Part shown: one piece after another, positions 38,072-50,430 of the stretch | Position numbering within the stretch: position 1 is the stretch's first letter | Layout: each line of letters starts with the position of its first letter | Assembly (NCBI RefSeq): GCF_024521635.1 | Contig: NW_026250416.1 | Span: 806,001 to 870,000 of the forward strand | Reading direction: 5' to 3' | Source of the DNA: Tricharina praecox | Lineage: Eukaryota | DNA: 64,000 nt | Notes under the pieces: generated by a model | Told to the model about the DNA's origin: nothing | Seen by the model: only the letters and a program-made list of their open reading frames with translations | Databases searched by the model: none | Translations under genes and position numbers: made by a program

Positions 38072-40600
38072 TAGACCTGTACAGCGGTCCTCCACTGTCG
38101 GACGTTGACCGATCCGTCGGGAACCTCGACGGGCCTGATGGAGACGTTTTTTTAACCGTCCTTTCCAGGCTCGGATCGAATGATGGAGAACAATGGGCCC
38201 CTCTATGAGCTGTCGTCGGTGGCCCGCTGCTCCCTTCAACAACCAGTATTACATCGGGTTCGCTCCTTCACTCAACACTTGTGGGCAAGGTTCTCGTCAC
38301 ATTTCCAAAACGCGCTGTCACCCACCAGTCCTGGAAACTAGTGATTATGAGTCGGCCAATACTCAGCATGCCAATACACCATTGACATTCAGTCTGTCGT
38401 CGCAAGAAATCCATCAACACACCTACCCTTCTATACCTCAATACCCTTCTCCACTCCTCTCTGATTTCCTTCACACTTTGCAACCGACTCACATCCGCGA
38501 GGAAAATTCCAACCCAAACAAAAACTCAGAACCCACAATCCTCATACAACTCCAACTCTCGTCTCTTCTTCTTTCCTTCTCCTTCGTCCCACAAAGATAT
38601 CTAATCGGGCTTTTTCTTCGTCCTAAACAATGAGTAGCTCAAGCGAACGCATGTAAGTTTTTCCGACCCAGTCACTTGCAGCTCTTCGTTTCGGTAATCG
38701 CCCTGTAGGTCTGACAACGGTGAGGACTGGAAGGTCGGCACCATCACGGAGGAGGCCTCAGAGATCGACAATATGCTCCCGAGGAACACGGCGACTTGCG
38801 GCACCAAGCTTGTCATGACCGTCAAGGGTGCCGTCACCACTATTTTCTGGTCGGTCATGAGAGTCACCCTTCGGTCAAGCATCGAGGAGCCGGCCATATT
38901 TTTTTCCATAGACGTCGTGGGAGAGGGCGGATTACTCAAGCAACACTCGATACCAGATAACTGGGACCATGCAAGGTTTCGGTTGGAGATGTTCTTGAGC
39001 CCGCCCAACCACGCAGTGGCGACTATGAGTATTACAGGTACCTGTCCTTGCCGGATGATCCACCCGCGACAGTTTCAGAACCGGTATCTGTGCAGACCAC
39101 AGGCCGGCAAAGGCTGACGTCTGTCATCTGGCAGCATGGGGACCCTGGCAAGGTCGGGCGCGAACGTCACTGGGTGTGCAACTACTGTGTCGACGAGCGC
39201 CGTCGCTACAATAGCAACAGCGGCTCCGTACGTCACCATCTGAGGAGTGCCCATGACATAGCTCTCTAGGATGATGTCCGTCGTCACACCTTGATTTTGA
39301 TTCAGAACTTCGTTGGGCGGTGGGGAAGCTCGGTGACCGTGGCGAAAGAAGATGCGGAAAACTGGAAAGGTAAGATTCTGCGGAGCGTGGGTGATATTAG
39401 GAGACATTACAAACACTAATAGCAAGATAGAGTCAATTTTACATCTGGGAACGTTCAAGCAAGGCGGAGAGATAATGCCGTACTATAGCCAATGGGAACT
39501 TGAAACCAAGGAGCAGAAATAATACCAGAGAAAATGAGTCGATGAGCAACAGGACTATTACAGAGATTTTTTGGCCGGAACTAGCGTCGAAAAGTTGAAA
39601 CGGACGGTCCGGTTGCAAAAGGGCAACCACCGTATACGAACTTACTACAGCGAGCGTGATAGACACGATTACTACAGCGGCGAATACATATGGGAATCGG
39701 AAGAAATGAGATAACATAAGTATGGGCGAAGCAGGCAGCGTCCAAACCCGACACCCGAGGAGTGGAAAGGTTACGGCACACCCATAACTACGGAAGGCGG
39801 AAATTACCTCTGCCGGCATGCGTTGCACACCGCAAAACACGGATACGAGACGACAAATGCAAAGAAGCTATACAATGGTCACTGGTCAGCAGCGCGCGTC
39901 ACACATAGGAGGTTCAAGCTACCGGGGAGTATGAGGACAGTCGAATGAAGATCACGGAGACCCCCGAAGATGTTGGCCGTCCGACACTACCAGCTGAAGC
40001 CTGAATTCAGGAGATTCCCTCACAACGAACCATCTGAATTGGACTAGGCAGCGAGACGACAATCAGTGCCGGTGGTGGAACAAGTCCAAGCAGACAACGG
40101 AGCACCTGTTGTAGAACTACAAAAGTTGGCGAACTCAAGATATAGCGCAGGGGAGAAGATCTGCAAGGAGACTGCAAAGAAGAAGAGGTGGAAAGAGAGG
40201 AGACGTGAAACTGGACGGAGGAATTGATTAGTGAACGCAGCATTGATCTGGGTTTTTGAAAAAGAGTGATGAGCTTGTCACGCGTGCTGTCTTTTGCTCC
40301 GTTTTCATTTTGTCATCCTAACTTTAATCTTTCCTTCTGTCTGTCTTTCTCTGTCTCCATAGGCTTGACGAAACGCATAAGCCGCGCCACGCCCGGTAGG
40401 AGGTTATCATCCGAAGCCGATGATGTCGAAGGACGATCATGCGAGCAGAGACGTTTTATAAAAGCGAGGGAGCCCCGGAATCAATCGAACTGCATCCATG
40501 GACGAGCGTCTTACGGAATCTTGGAGATGCGAGTAGACCAACCATACGGCTACTAAAGTCTACTAGGGACTGTAGTACGGACGGATGGTTGACAACCCTG
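38072..40600 (+). mobile_element. Second, heavily decayed hAT element with BED finger
   Basis: IWQHG...RHWVCNYC...YNSNSGSVRHHLRSAHDI (~39125-39265). Begins TAGACCTGT at 38072. The reverse complement of 40578-40600 reads CAGGGTTGTCAACCATCCGTCCG, similar to the hAT termini at 11552 and 12686. No TSD found. Confidence 0.6.
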
Positions 40601-40934
40601 ATGGTAAAAACCAATTTCGATGATTTCTGGTGTGCTCCCGTAGAGTTGATCGTATATGGTCAAAAATCTCACATGAATCATCACCCTTGCTCCACCCAGC
40701 AGCCATGTCCTTCTCAAACGGGCCGTTAAAAGCTACAAACTTGGGGGCAGACATAACAGCCAGTGCGGTTGTGGGCCCGCAGGATAGCTGATGATGAGCG
40801 GCCAAAGATCACCAACTGGATAAGCGGTGATATTTCAAACGTCAAGTTTGGGAGAAGCAGTATTCCTGCGAACCTATGGCATTGAAACGGTGTCTGTACA
40901 AAAGGAAACGTTCGAAGACGGACGAATGAAACCA

Positions 40935-41140
40935 GAGACCATGAAAGTAATACAGACAATGAAAGCAGAGACATGATGAAAGTGGAGGCCATGAATGTGG
41001 AGGCCATGAAAGCAGAGACATGAAGGTAGAGACTAAGCAAGTTGTACAGAGAATGAAAGCAGAAACGTGATTCAAGTGGAGGCCATGAACGTAGAGGCCG
41101 CGAAATTAGAGTTCATGAAAGCAGAGACCATGAAAGACAA
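40935..41140. repeat. Short degenerate tandem array of CATGAAAGCAGAGA / GTGGAGGCCATGAA units
   Basis: Directly visible repeated 14-15-bp motifs. Confidence 0.8.
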
Positions 41141-41394
41141 AAGAAACACACGTCGAGAAAAGAAAAAAACTTTGCCTCGAACAAAACTGAAAGTGAAAAA
41201 TCGCCATTCCAGTGCGTATCATCTGGTGCATCCAGAAATCCCCTAACATGAGCACAAAAACCATGAAAGCCAAGCTCGTCACCATGGCCCCCCACTAGTT
41301 CTCTGTCGGTTGAAAAAGGTACTGCGTGATTTCCGTCAGTAGTCCGCAGTCGAACGTTGGGTGGAAGTCTGTACCCACGCCGGCCACAGAATGA

Positions 41395-42708
41395 TCACTC
41401 ATCCTGATGAGGACGAAGACGCCTGAAAGGGTTCAGGCTTCTCTTCGGCTCCTCCAATGACTTCTCGTACTCTGCCGTCATCTTGCGCATCAGCTTCTGA
41501 TAACCGTGGCGCTCAGCAGCAGCACGTCGAGCGATGCCACCTTCCATTCGAGCCTGATGGTCGTTGGTCCAGGTTCCAGTGCGGCCAAGCATCGCAGCAG
41601 ATGGCGGAGCGTCCGCTGGGGGTGGCCTGTGAATACCCTTAAACCCGGCGGTGGCGATAGAGGAGGAGGTCCGGATGGGAAAAGCAGTGGGGCTACGGTG
41701 AAGCTCGGATTGCTTAGACGGGGGAGGAAAGAAGCTGTAAGAGTCCTAATGTTTATTAGACGACGGTTCAAAGGAGTGGCACTACCAAATGTGCTAATCC
41801 TACCTTCTTGTGTGCCCCGAGGGGATCATTCGCCTGGGCAGCTTCGTTTGCATTGGCGTGATCAATCCTGCCAGCCATGATATTGCTAACCTCGTGAGCG
41901 TTCCTCACACCCAGCGCGACTCTGGTCTTCGTAGTCTCAACTCGGTTGCCTGCAAACAAGGGGCCAGCAGAACTGTTTTTAGAGCTGTTCGCATGCATTG
42001 CTTTCGGCTCTTCCGCAAGGGCCATATTGTTATTCGGAAGGATTGCTGCCCCGTCGAGATTAGAACCGTTGGGCGCGGTAGCGACGACCTCTGAAGCGTT
42101 GACCTGATCATTGTCTGATGCCACGACACCTTTCGGACGGAATTGTTTATTCATCTGCTCCTTCGATAGCTTAGGAGTCGGCGAGAGGGGAACGATTTCA
42201 TAGTCGTGAACTCCTGATGCAGGGACTGCAGTGGAACCACGCTTAGAGGGCTTGCCGATGTACCTGCTCCAATCTTAGCTGTCGTGTGGGAAGTTGGGAT
42301 GATGAGGGTGTATTACTTTTTGTCAACTGTAAGGTGGTCATCAATCTCGTCCAAAACGGCAGCGGCGTGAGTTAGCGAGGTGATCTGTTTGAGGGCTGGC
42401 ATCTTGGTTCCCTGGGGGTGGACATCATGGGTGACGATAGTGGAGCTTCCTACGGTTTGTGGAGGAGGTGTGGCTGCCAGAGTGGCCATGAAGTCCTCAA
42501 AAGACAGGTTGCTCTCCTCAAAGACCTCGCCAATGTCGACACGAAGGGGCTGAGGAGCCGGGGTGCGCTCGAAGTCGGCGAGAGCGGCTGCGAAGGCATC
42601 GTCGAGGAGGGCGTCGTTGGAAATGCTCTCCTCCTTGCGTTTCGAGAGAATACTAACGCATTTCTTCAAAAGAAGCTTCTTGAAGTTGGAGATAGAGGAG
42701 GATGTCAT
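41395..42708 (-). CDS. Three-exon orphan disordered protein
   Basis: MTSSSISNFKKLLLKK...TVDK|YIGKPSKRG...LAHL|DSYSFFPP...MLGRTG...PHQDE*. Introns GTAATA...AGCAG (~42316-42264) and GTAGTG...ATTAG (~41784-41746) join three ORFs in frame. Confidence 0.7.
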
Positions 42709-45700
42709 TGTAAACGAGGGGAATTGCTGAATGAGCGAAGCTGCTACTGGAGGAGCGGCGTTTGCGGGTGTTCGTGGGGGGTGGAGTGTAGAGTGGGAAA
42801 ATGTACGGTGGTCAAGTGAAGGTGAGGTTGAGAAACAGTGGTAGGTGGATGGTCGGTAGATGGTTGGTGGGAGGTTTGTTGTACCTCTTTGCTCTGTTCC
42901 GGTGGAAAACAAAGATTCACGTGATTCCGGGTGGACCTACTCCGAGGATCGAAATTAATGTGAATGTGATTCCGGCAAAAGTCTAAAGCGTTCATAGTTA
43001 TGGTAAAGGGTCTAGAATGCATGAGTCTATTTAGACGCTCGAAAGCCACCACCACGCAAGCCCCCATCAGGGCGGCATTCAAACACCCGTCAACGTGAGT
43101 CAAATCAGCCATTCCGTATGTAGCTGCATGGAGCTCTTCCATTCATGATCCCGTTGCCCAGAGAGCTTGCGCTGTCACCTATTCAGCAAACAAAGATGGA
43201 AGATAGCTACCAAACAGCCAGTCGTACTAGCAATCATCCACCTCTGAAATAGAGTATGGAGGACAGCGCAAAGCAGAAAAAGCAACCGGCGATGACGGAT
43301 CTAAGTGAGGCAGTGGTGATAAAGGATGCGATTTTAGTAGTTTGACGATGGAATTATTCCCTATACTCCTGCTTGAACCGCGGGGTATGACGTGTAAATT
43401 CTTCTCAAATTATGACAACGGAACCTAAATGATGTCGAGAGAAAGAATGTAAGACGGAGTCAAAGCGGACTCGTTCGAAAAGCTAAATTACTGCGGTGAC
43501 GGTGGAACGGTAGCTAAGGAATGACAATTCCCAGTTGTCGTGCCCCCATATGCGGAGCAATGGAGGCTCAGGATGACGGACAGGTTAGCCGGAATCTAGA
43601 GACCCACTGTAGCGCCGCGATACAGGTCCTCGGAGATCGATTTGATCGCAGTTAGGACAAGCTTCCGTTGCCGCTGGTGCACCGTCAGATTGTTGGGAGT
43701 TTCCAAGTTTTTGTTCGTGCTGCTGCCAAGAAACGTGCGTCACTCGTAATTTTTGATCGAGACGGCGACCCGGACATCAGGATTGTGACCACGGTCGGCC
43801 GAATAGTCTTCGCCGATTCACCCAATCGACCTCTCCGGTCCTTCCACAAAGAATGTAAAGAAAACCCGCAAACGTGTTATCATTTCTTTCAGACCATTGC
43901 TGACTAAGCTAGACATCAATCATGGCCATCCTCAGCCGCATCTTGGTGATGACAGTGCGCACTTACCCCAAGGTGCATCCGGTCAAAGTCAGCAAGTTAA
44001 TCCGTCGGGTGCCGGGTGTGTTTCCATCTTCTGCTGCCGCATTTCCGCCAGACTCTCGCTAACGTGTGTGCAGGTGTGTTGGGATGCGACCACGTCGATA
44101 AAATGATTATGGATGCCCAGAACCACCATCAAGTGTTTCGCGTCATCATAAGAGATACGGTCGACCCGGAATGGATGTCTGATGTTGTCGGCGGACTCGT
44201 GGCAAAGCGCCAGTGGGAACTCATTCATACCGTGGTCGCCGACTGGTAGGCGATGAATGGAAGGTGCTTTGGTCGGCCGGGTGAGAATTCAGGGGCTTCG
44301 CCTGGGTGATCGGATTGATTTCTGCTCTCATCTTGACTCATTTAGTATGAAACTGGCATTTGAACTCTCTCGTCCTCAATTGCTGTGCAAGTGAAGGTGC
44401 TTCGTTTTTCTTGTAGATTTTGGCGGGAAGCCTGGAGAAGATGCAGCAGTCAATTGATACCGTACCTGTATCATTGCAAGTTTGATCTGGGGAAGTTAAA
44501 ATTACTATCTCCGACTCCACTGCAAAAACGTAATCTCCGGACAACGACGGTGGCAGGGGACCTGCGGACTTAGATTGAGACACATGCCGTGATACTGGCA
44601 TTCCACGCTTGATTACTATTGTAAGGCCACTACAAGGCTGGCAGCCGACTACAGCCATTCGCCGTCTAATTAGATACCAGGCTCACAATATGTAACCGCT
44701 CGAACAAGAATAACAAGCTTCTGTGCGGCTTTACGCTGGTTTTGACCCAAGCAATGAGGAATCATGAGCCATGAGCTGATCCTTCGCTGCAACTGCAGCC
44801 AGCGCATCAGGAGGTAACGCGTCAATACAAGAGTCAGAGTGTACGTTATCTGGCATGCTGGTAGCCTACACAGGGGTTCTTGGGTGGTTTCCACTTTCAC
44901 AACGCCGGTCATACATGATTTGGCACTCGTACAGCACCGGGTGGAATGTAAATATTTGAAGCACATAAATGATGTAATCCTCTCCAGATACTTCGGGTAT
45001 GATAAAGCGATAATAGCAGGAATATGCTGAGACAATCTGATATAACGGAAGGTGAGCGGCCTGCGGTAGCTCATCTCTCGGCTGGCGGAAAGTACCTCAG
45101 TTACTCACTCAAATCTCACGAGTGATAAATTCCGGGAATGTGGAAGACACAATTTGAAAACCATAGGGCAGCTAGCTTCTCAAACGGGGGAGGGCCACTA
45201 TTCTCTCAGCGAAACAGGGCGTCTGCCCTTTCAAACGGGGCCCCACAAATCGATTTGTTGGTGTGTGCGGCACCGTCGCCCTTCTATCCCGCTCGCCTTT
45301 AAAACACACCAACTTTCCATCGTTTCCCTTCTTCCCTCCTCTCTCACCTTTCTTCTTTAACCTCCTTCCATCCTTAACCTTCTTCCATCCACACCCACTT
45401 TCACTTCCTCATTTCAGTCCTTAAAAACCACCACCACAACCGGGTCGACTAAGAAGATCAATCGCAGCCTCACAGCTTGCACCCCAAGCAACTTAATCTG
45501 CCTTCACCGGTGGGTATCATTTGTTTCGTCACACGATCCACCATCCTCACCCATATCGCGCGCAACTTCATTCGCTCAACTCTCGTCGCATCTTGGCTTT
45601 CTCCCAGCCAATAACTACATCCGGTGGCAATATCTCCAGGCAAAGTCACTCAGTGTGAGTAGTCAAGCTTCGACCCGTTGTATTGATGTAAGTACCTCTA

Positions 45701-45898
45701 ATAGCTCATGGAAATTGCCCGAATAAATGCTGAATGCTGCACTGTAGCAACAATTATCAGCATCGATTGTCAATCACAGAAGCGACTACCAAGTAGCCGA
45801 AATAAATCACACCGTTCAGACAGAAGAGAGATTACAAAGCAAAGTGAGTTCACCTACCCATCCGCTTAGTGTTGTCGGATACTAAAATCTCGCAAAGG

Positions 45899-48800
45899 AT
45901 GGTGTTCGCTCACATCGCAGCGTGGTTCAAGACCTGTGCCGGTCGGCGCAAACAAAAGAGACAAGATCAGGCGATAGAGATTGGAGTGGGAGCAGACGAC
46001 TTCCTCAATGACTGGAGAGATGATAGTACCTACCAAGTCATCACGATAAATACGCCAGGAATGACACCAATCGTACCCGGATCCGACTTCACTGTCCGCG
46101 GCACATACGGCAAACCGAGTAGCCCACTCCGAGTGTCTTCTATCTTTACCGGTCACGGACGCAGGGCTACGCATCAACAACACAGGTCATACATGGTGGA
46201 ACAGAGCCGCGATCATCTCCGTGGTGATGATGCATGGCAAGCGCCATCCAACTGGCAGACTATAGGAGGAGCGGGAAGCGGTCAAGGCTCTAGTTCGCAA
46301 CCTCCTCGGCGCCTTCAAGTTCGAATTGATTCAGACCTAGCCTTGCCACCGGTAGCAAGACTTAGCACTGCACCAACTTTCGATTCACATTCAATCCGAT
46401 ATCGCGCCGCGTTTATGGCCCAGAACGGACCCGAGCGAGGGGGGCCGAGTTCTCTGCCGGTGACTGCCTACCCACCGAGAAAAGAATCCTTGGCCAACTC
46501 CCAGAATGCCCTGCGGTCAGAGAGCGACGACGACCACGTTTACATGAACGACGACTACCACACTTACATCAGGTCTTCCAGGGCTCAGGATAATCGAAAT
46601 TCTAGGGACCAGGAGAGACAATATGGACGTCCACAGGATGCGTCTACGCCACATGCTCCGCGGCCTCGGCCACGAGACTCGTTCGACACACTCGACACTA
46701 TCGGCGAGCAAGAGCTCCAGCGGAAGATGTTCGCTGCTCTTGACCGATTAGAGCTTGAAGGTCGTGAGAGGATGGCTAATATGAGAAAGGAGGCATTGTC
46801 GAAATTGAACGGTCAGAACGCCGAGCATCAAAACACTACGGAAGGTGGACCCTCAACCGTAGGTTTCGAAACAGTTCAGGCACCGTACTTCTCTGATATT
46901 CCGAGCTTATTTCCGAGGATAACAACACCTGCCAGCTTAAAGAGCGATTTTGGTGGTGGACCTGACCCTGTCCAAGCCAGTATTGCCGCTCCACCTAACC
47001 AGACAACCCAGGCGAACCGAATAATATCACCTAGTTTTTCGTACCTAAACATTCCGAGCTTCATTCTGTTCCGGAATGATGCAAATCCTGATGCTGGAAA
47101 AACGGATGAGGACAATAATTCCAACGCTGGAAAATCGGAAGACGATGCACATTCTGACGCTGGAAAACCTGATGAGGATGTCAATTCCAACGCTGGAAAA
47201 TCGGAAGAGGATGGAAAATCTAACGCTGGAAAATCGGACGAAGATGGCAATCGGAACGCTGGAAAATCGGATGAAGATGAAAATTCCAACGCTGGCAAAT
47301 CAAATGCAGATGACAATTCTACCATTGGAATCTCGCATGAAGATGGCAATTCAAACGCTGGAAAATCGAATGGAGATGGCCAATCAACCACGTGGAACTC
47401 GGGCGAAGATGGCAATTCTACCGCTGGGAAATCATATAACGATGGCAATTCCGACTCCGGGAATTTGACTGATGTCGACAACGGCAAGCGGCTGTGGGAT
47501 AGATGGTCCTGGAAGAATTTCTTACCGCCGGTTGCGACTGACGGAGAGGGAGATATTCCAGGGGATTATACCGACGAACAAGTACCGCAAGAGGGGCAAA
47601 ACGACGAACTGATAGACGACGAGAGCTTGCTAGAGAGGCTCGACAATCTAAGGTTCTTAAACCCGAGCTCTGAAACGCAGTCTGCATCTTCTCAGCAGCA
47701 GAATACTTCGACTGCCAGAATGAAACCCGAATGGCCTACGCAAGAGATTATGCAAAGGTATCTGGCCGACAATGTTTCTGACCCTGCGATAGAGATGATG
47801 CGACGATATGCCACCGACGACATTTCTGACCCTACGCTGGAGATTATGGGAAGGTTTCTGACCGACGACGTTTCTGAACCCACCGAGAACGCTCCCGAGC
47901 TCCTCATGGCCACTGTCTATCGGCCAGACGAAGACTGGATGGAGAACACCCATGTCGGAATAGTTCATCTCTCGGATCGTCGTGCGGGTGGGAGATTGTC
48001 GTCAGATATCTCTGACAACCCAGCTCAACCTAAACTCAGACGTACGAGGAGTCTGTACGAGGTTTATACTGTGGGAGCACACCGTAATTCGTGGATGCAG
48101 CCACCAGCAGTCTTCACTGACGATATGATGCTGGCATCGGCGATGCGCTCTGCATCTTCCTCAGGTGAACCCTCGCCGCTCCTGCAGTCAGAGCGTGGGC
48201 ATGCACATCGCCAGTTCCTTCAGGAAGTGCGCCTAAACCCTGTGGCGCAGTGTTCATCGAGACTCTCTTTAGAGGAGGAGCCAATCACCACGGAAATCTC
48301 GCAAAACCCGGCAAGTGATGTCATCCACCGTATGCTCGACTCGATTGCAGGAGAGTTGCACCGTCCGCATTCTGCTCCGCCAGTTCTCGATGTGACGAGA
48401 CGGTCATTCAAATGCGGAACTACCCGAGACAGGCGACGGGTATACCCATACCTGTCAGATGCCTATCTGCGTTCCTTTGCGCTGGCACTTGTTGCCGCCA
48501 AAGCGAACGTACGGTTCTGGCTCGAGGAGTACAAGAGAATCATATGGATCATAGAGCAGCGCCGAGGGCACATAGTCTTAGCGGTTGGGGACTTCGAGGA
48601 AATGCTCGTACACCATTCGGAGCAAGCAGATCGGCTAATGCAGATCAGTCTCGACCTGGCTGACGAGCTGGATTTTCTGATGCATTATAATGTGTCATAC
48701 ATCCGTGCTTGGTTCAGGGATGGTCGGTACACCCTTCACGAACACTTCAACAAGCTTCAGGAGCTCGACAGCGATCTGCACAGGATCCGGGACCGTGTGG

Positions 48801-49078
48801 AGACGGAGCAATATCGAATCCTGCGCGGTTTAATGCTCGATGGCGTCGAGTTCAGCTTCGAGTCAGACAGGACGAGGCTGCTAGAGGCTCAGATACATGC
48901 CGATGATCGTCGTAGGGTCCGAAGCGAACCTGAGGCAGCCAGCCAGTGTCGGGAGGATGCGAATTCTACTCAGGCCGAAAACTTGGACACTGCGGCCGAC
49001 ACGTCAGACGAGAAGGAAGTCGCGCCCGCTTCCAGCTACTGGTTCGGCCACCACAACAGGATTGAAGAACTTGAATAG
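45899..49078 (+). CDS. ~1060-aa orphan protein with 13-aa tandem repeats, 15-aa repeats and a helical C-terminal domain
   Basis: Single 3.2-kb ORF. ATG at 45899 directly follows an intron-like GTGAGT...CTAAA...AAAG. About 10 copies of a 39-bp unit (D[G/N]NSNAGKSDE-type) at ~47075-47460, and DDISDPTLEIM-type repeats at ~47740-47890. Confidence 0.85.
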   Translation: MVFAHIAAWFKTCAGRRKQKRQDQAIEIGVGADDFLNDWRDDSTYQVITINTPGMTPIVPGSDFTVRGTYGKPSSPLRVSSIFTGHGRRATHQQHRSYMVEQSRDHLRGDDAWQAPSNWQTIGGAGSGQGSSSQPPRRLQVRIDSDLALPPVARLSTAPTFDSHSIRYRAAFMAQNGPERGGPSSLPVTAYPPRKESLANSQNALRSESDDDHVYMNDDYHTYIRSSRAQDNRNSRDQERQYGRPQDASTPHAPRPRPRDSFDTLDTIGEQELQRKMFAALDRLELEGRERMANMRKEALSKLNGQNAEHQNTTEGGPSTVGFETVQAPYFSDIPSLFPRITTPASLKSDFGGGPDPVQASIAAPPNQTTQANRIISPSFSYLNIPSFILFRNDANPDAGKTDEDNNSNAGKSEDDAHSDAGKPDEDVNSNAGKSEEDGKSNAGKSDEDGNRNAGKSDEDENSNAGKSNADDNSTIGISHEDGNSNAGKSNGDGQSTTWNSGEDGNSTAGKSYNDGNSDSGNLTDVDNGKRLWDRWSWKNFLPPVATDGEGDIPGDYTDEQVPQEGQNDELIDDESLLERLDNLRFLNPSSETQSASSQQQNTSTARMKPEWPTQEIMQRYLADNVSDPAIEMMRRYATDDISDPTLEIMGRFLTDDVSEPTENAPELLMATVYRPDEDWMENTHVGIVHLSDRRAGGRLSSDISDNPAQPKLRRTRSLYEVYTVGAHRNSWMQPPAVFTDDMMLASAMRSASSSGEPSPLLQSERGHAHRQFLQEVRLNPVAQCSSRLSLEEEPITTEISQNPASDVIHRMLDSIAGELHRPHSAPPVLDVTRRSFKCGTTRDRRRVYPYLSDAYLRSFALALVAAKANVRFWLEEYKRIIWIIEQRRGHIVLAVGDFEEMLVHHSEQADRLMQISLDLADELDFLMHYNVSYIRAWFRDGRYTLHEHFNKLQELDSDLHRIRDRVETEQYRILRGLMLDGVEFSFESDRTRLLEAQIHADDRRRVRSEPEAASQCREDANSTQAENLDTAADTSDEKEVAPASSYWFGHHNRIEELE

Positions 49079-50430
49079 ACGTACCTATTCCGGGCCTAAT
49101 GGTTTACGGTGATGGTTGATCTAAAAATGGGAATTTTACCATTATTTGGGCTCCTTTTGATGTCTGCGCGAGATTTGTTTGATGCTCTACTGGGGATGCT
49201 CGATGAGTTCATTCCGTTTGTGGGATGATTTATGTGTGGCTTCTGTTTGTTTCTTCGAGGTGGATTTCCGCAGGGTGTCTTTTTTTTTCACGCGGGGACG
49301 CCATCGTTCAAATTTCGTAGTATTTACTAGGGAAATAGAATGAGAAGCCGTTTTTTGCCGTGAAAGTTCTTTGACTACTTATGTATAGAGGATTTAGATC
49401 AGTCAATGATACGTGATGACTCGCCCTTCCGTAAAACGACTGAATATCAGTTACTTCGGGGCAGAGATAATGTTTGGAATTATGAAACGGGCGGCCGGAC
49501 AGAGGAGTGAACAAAGAAGCGGAGAGACTGGCGAAAGAGTGAATGCGTGGGCATATAAAACCGGAGGCAGGTGGATTCCGTAATGCTCTGGATTAACGAT
49601 AGTTTAGAGTCGCGAAAACGTGAACTGTTACTGTCAGGCGGTAGGGCGAGGGAGCTGAGGTTTCTGTATCCAGCCCTTTATCCGCAGGTTGCGCAGGTTC
49701 CAATAAGTACTGCACCCAGAAAAGAAATCCCGGCAGCAAACCGTTAGGACGTACCAACTTCAAAATCCATCACGACAGGGCCGTAGGTGAAGCTTCCGGG
49801 TAGGTGCCCCTGCACACCACCAACCTACATGTGTAACTGTGTAGATTTTCGGAGAGCGCTGTGCTCGTCAGTCATCTTACACTTCGCTTCGCGCATTGCG
49901 TGCCTACGGTTACTATCTATTGTTGGCCGTGTTTGTTTCCAACGTCTGCCTTCCGTCATCCGCACTGTCAATCTTCTCGCGAGCAGTTAAGTCGGAATGA
50001 GCTGATCAGTCAGCAGCTGCGTATTTCGAGGTTACCAATATGACGCAAATGACTGCACTTGAGCTGCGAGCTTGGGGTATTGCTTGAGGCCTTCTAAATA
50101 GGCGAGTCCGGAGTCTATGAACGCCCGGACCGCGGATTGGACGGGCACCCAAAATCCCAGGGTTTTTTGGCCGGATAATGTTTTTTGATTACATGTGAGG
50201 TCTGTAGGACCCGCTTCTTACGGTACCATATATGTGTGTAACTTTCATCGGTAAAACGTTGCAGGGTACACCTCAATTAAAGCACGGCAATGTTTCTTGG
50301 CTCCGAATTCTGGTAATTCTTGGACTTAGCTGTTTACATGCATACTACTCCCATCACCCAGCACACCACTCAACGCTCCACCAGACACTCCCTCCCCCAC
50401 ATTCACCCGCATCCTCACATCGTTAAAGTT

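Noticed and set aside
46876..47487. Antisense 203-aa repeat ORF
   Set aside because: Shadow of the 39-bp repeats in the long plus-strand gene.
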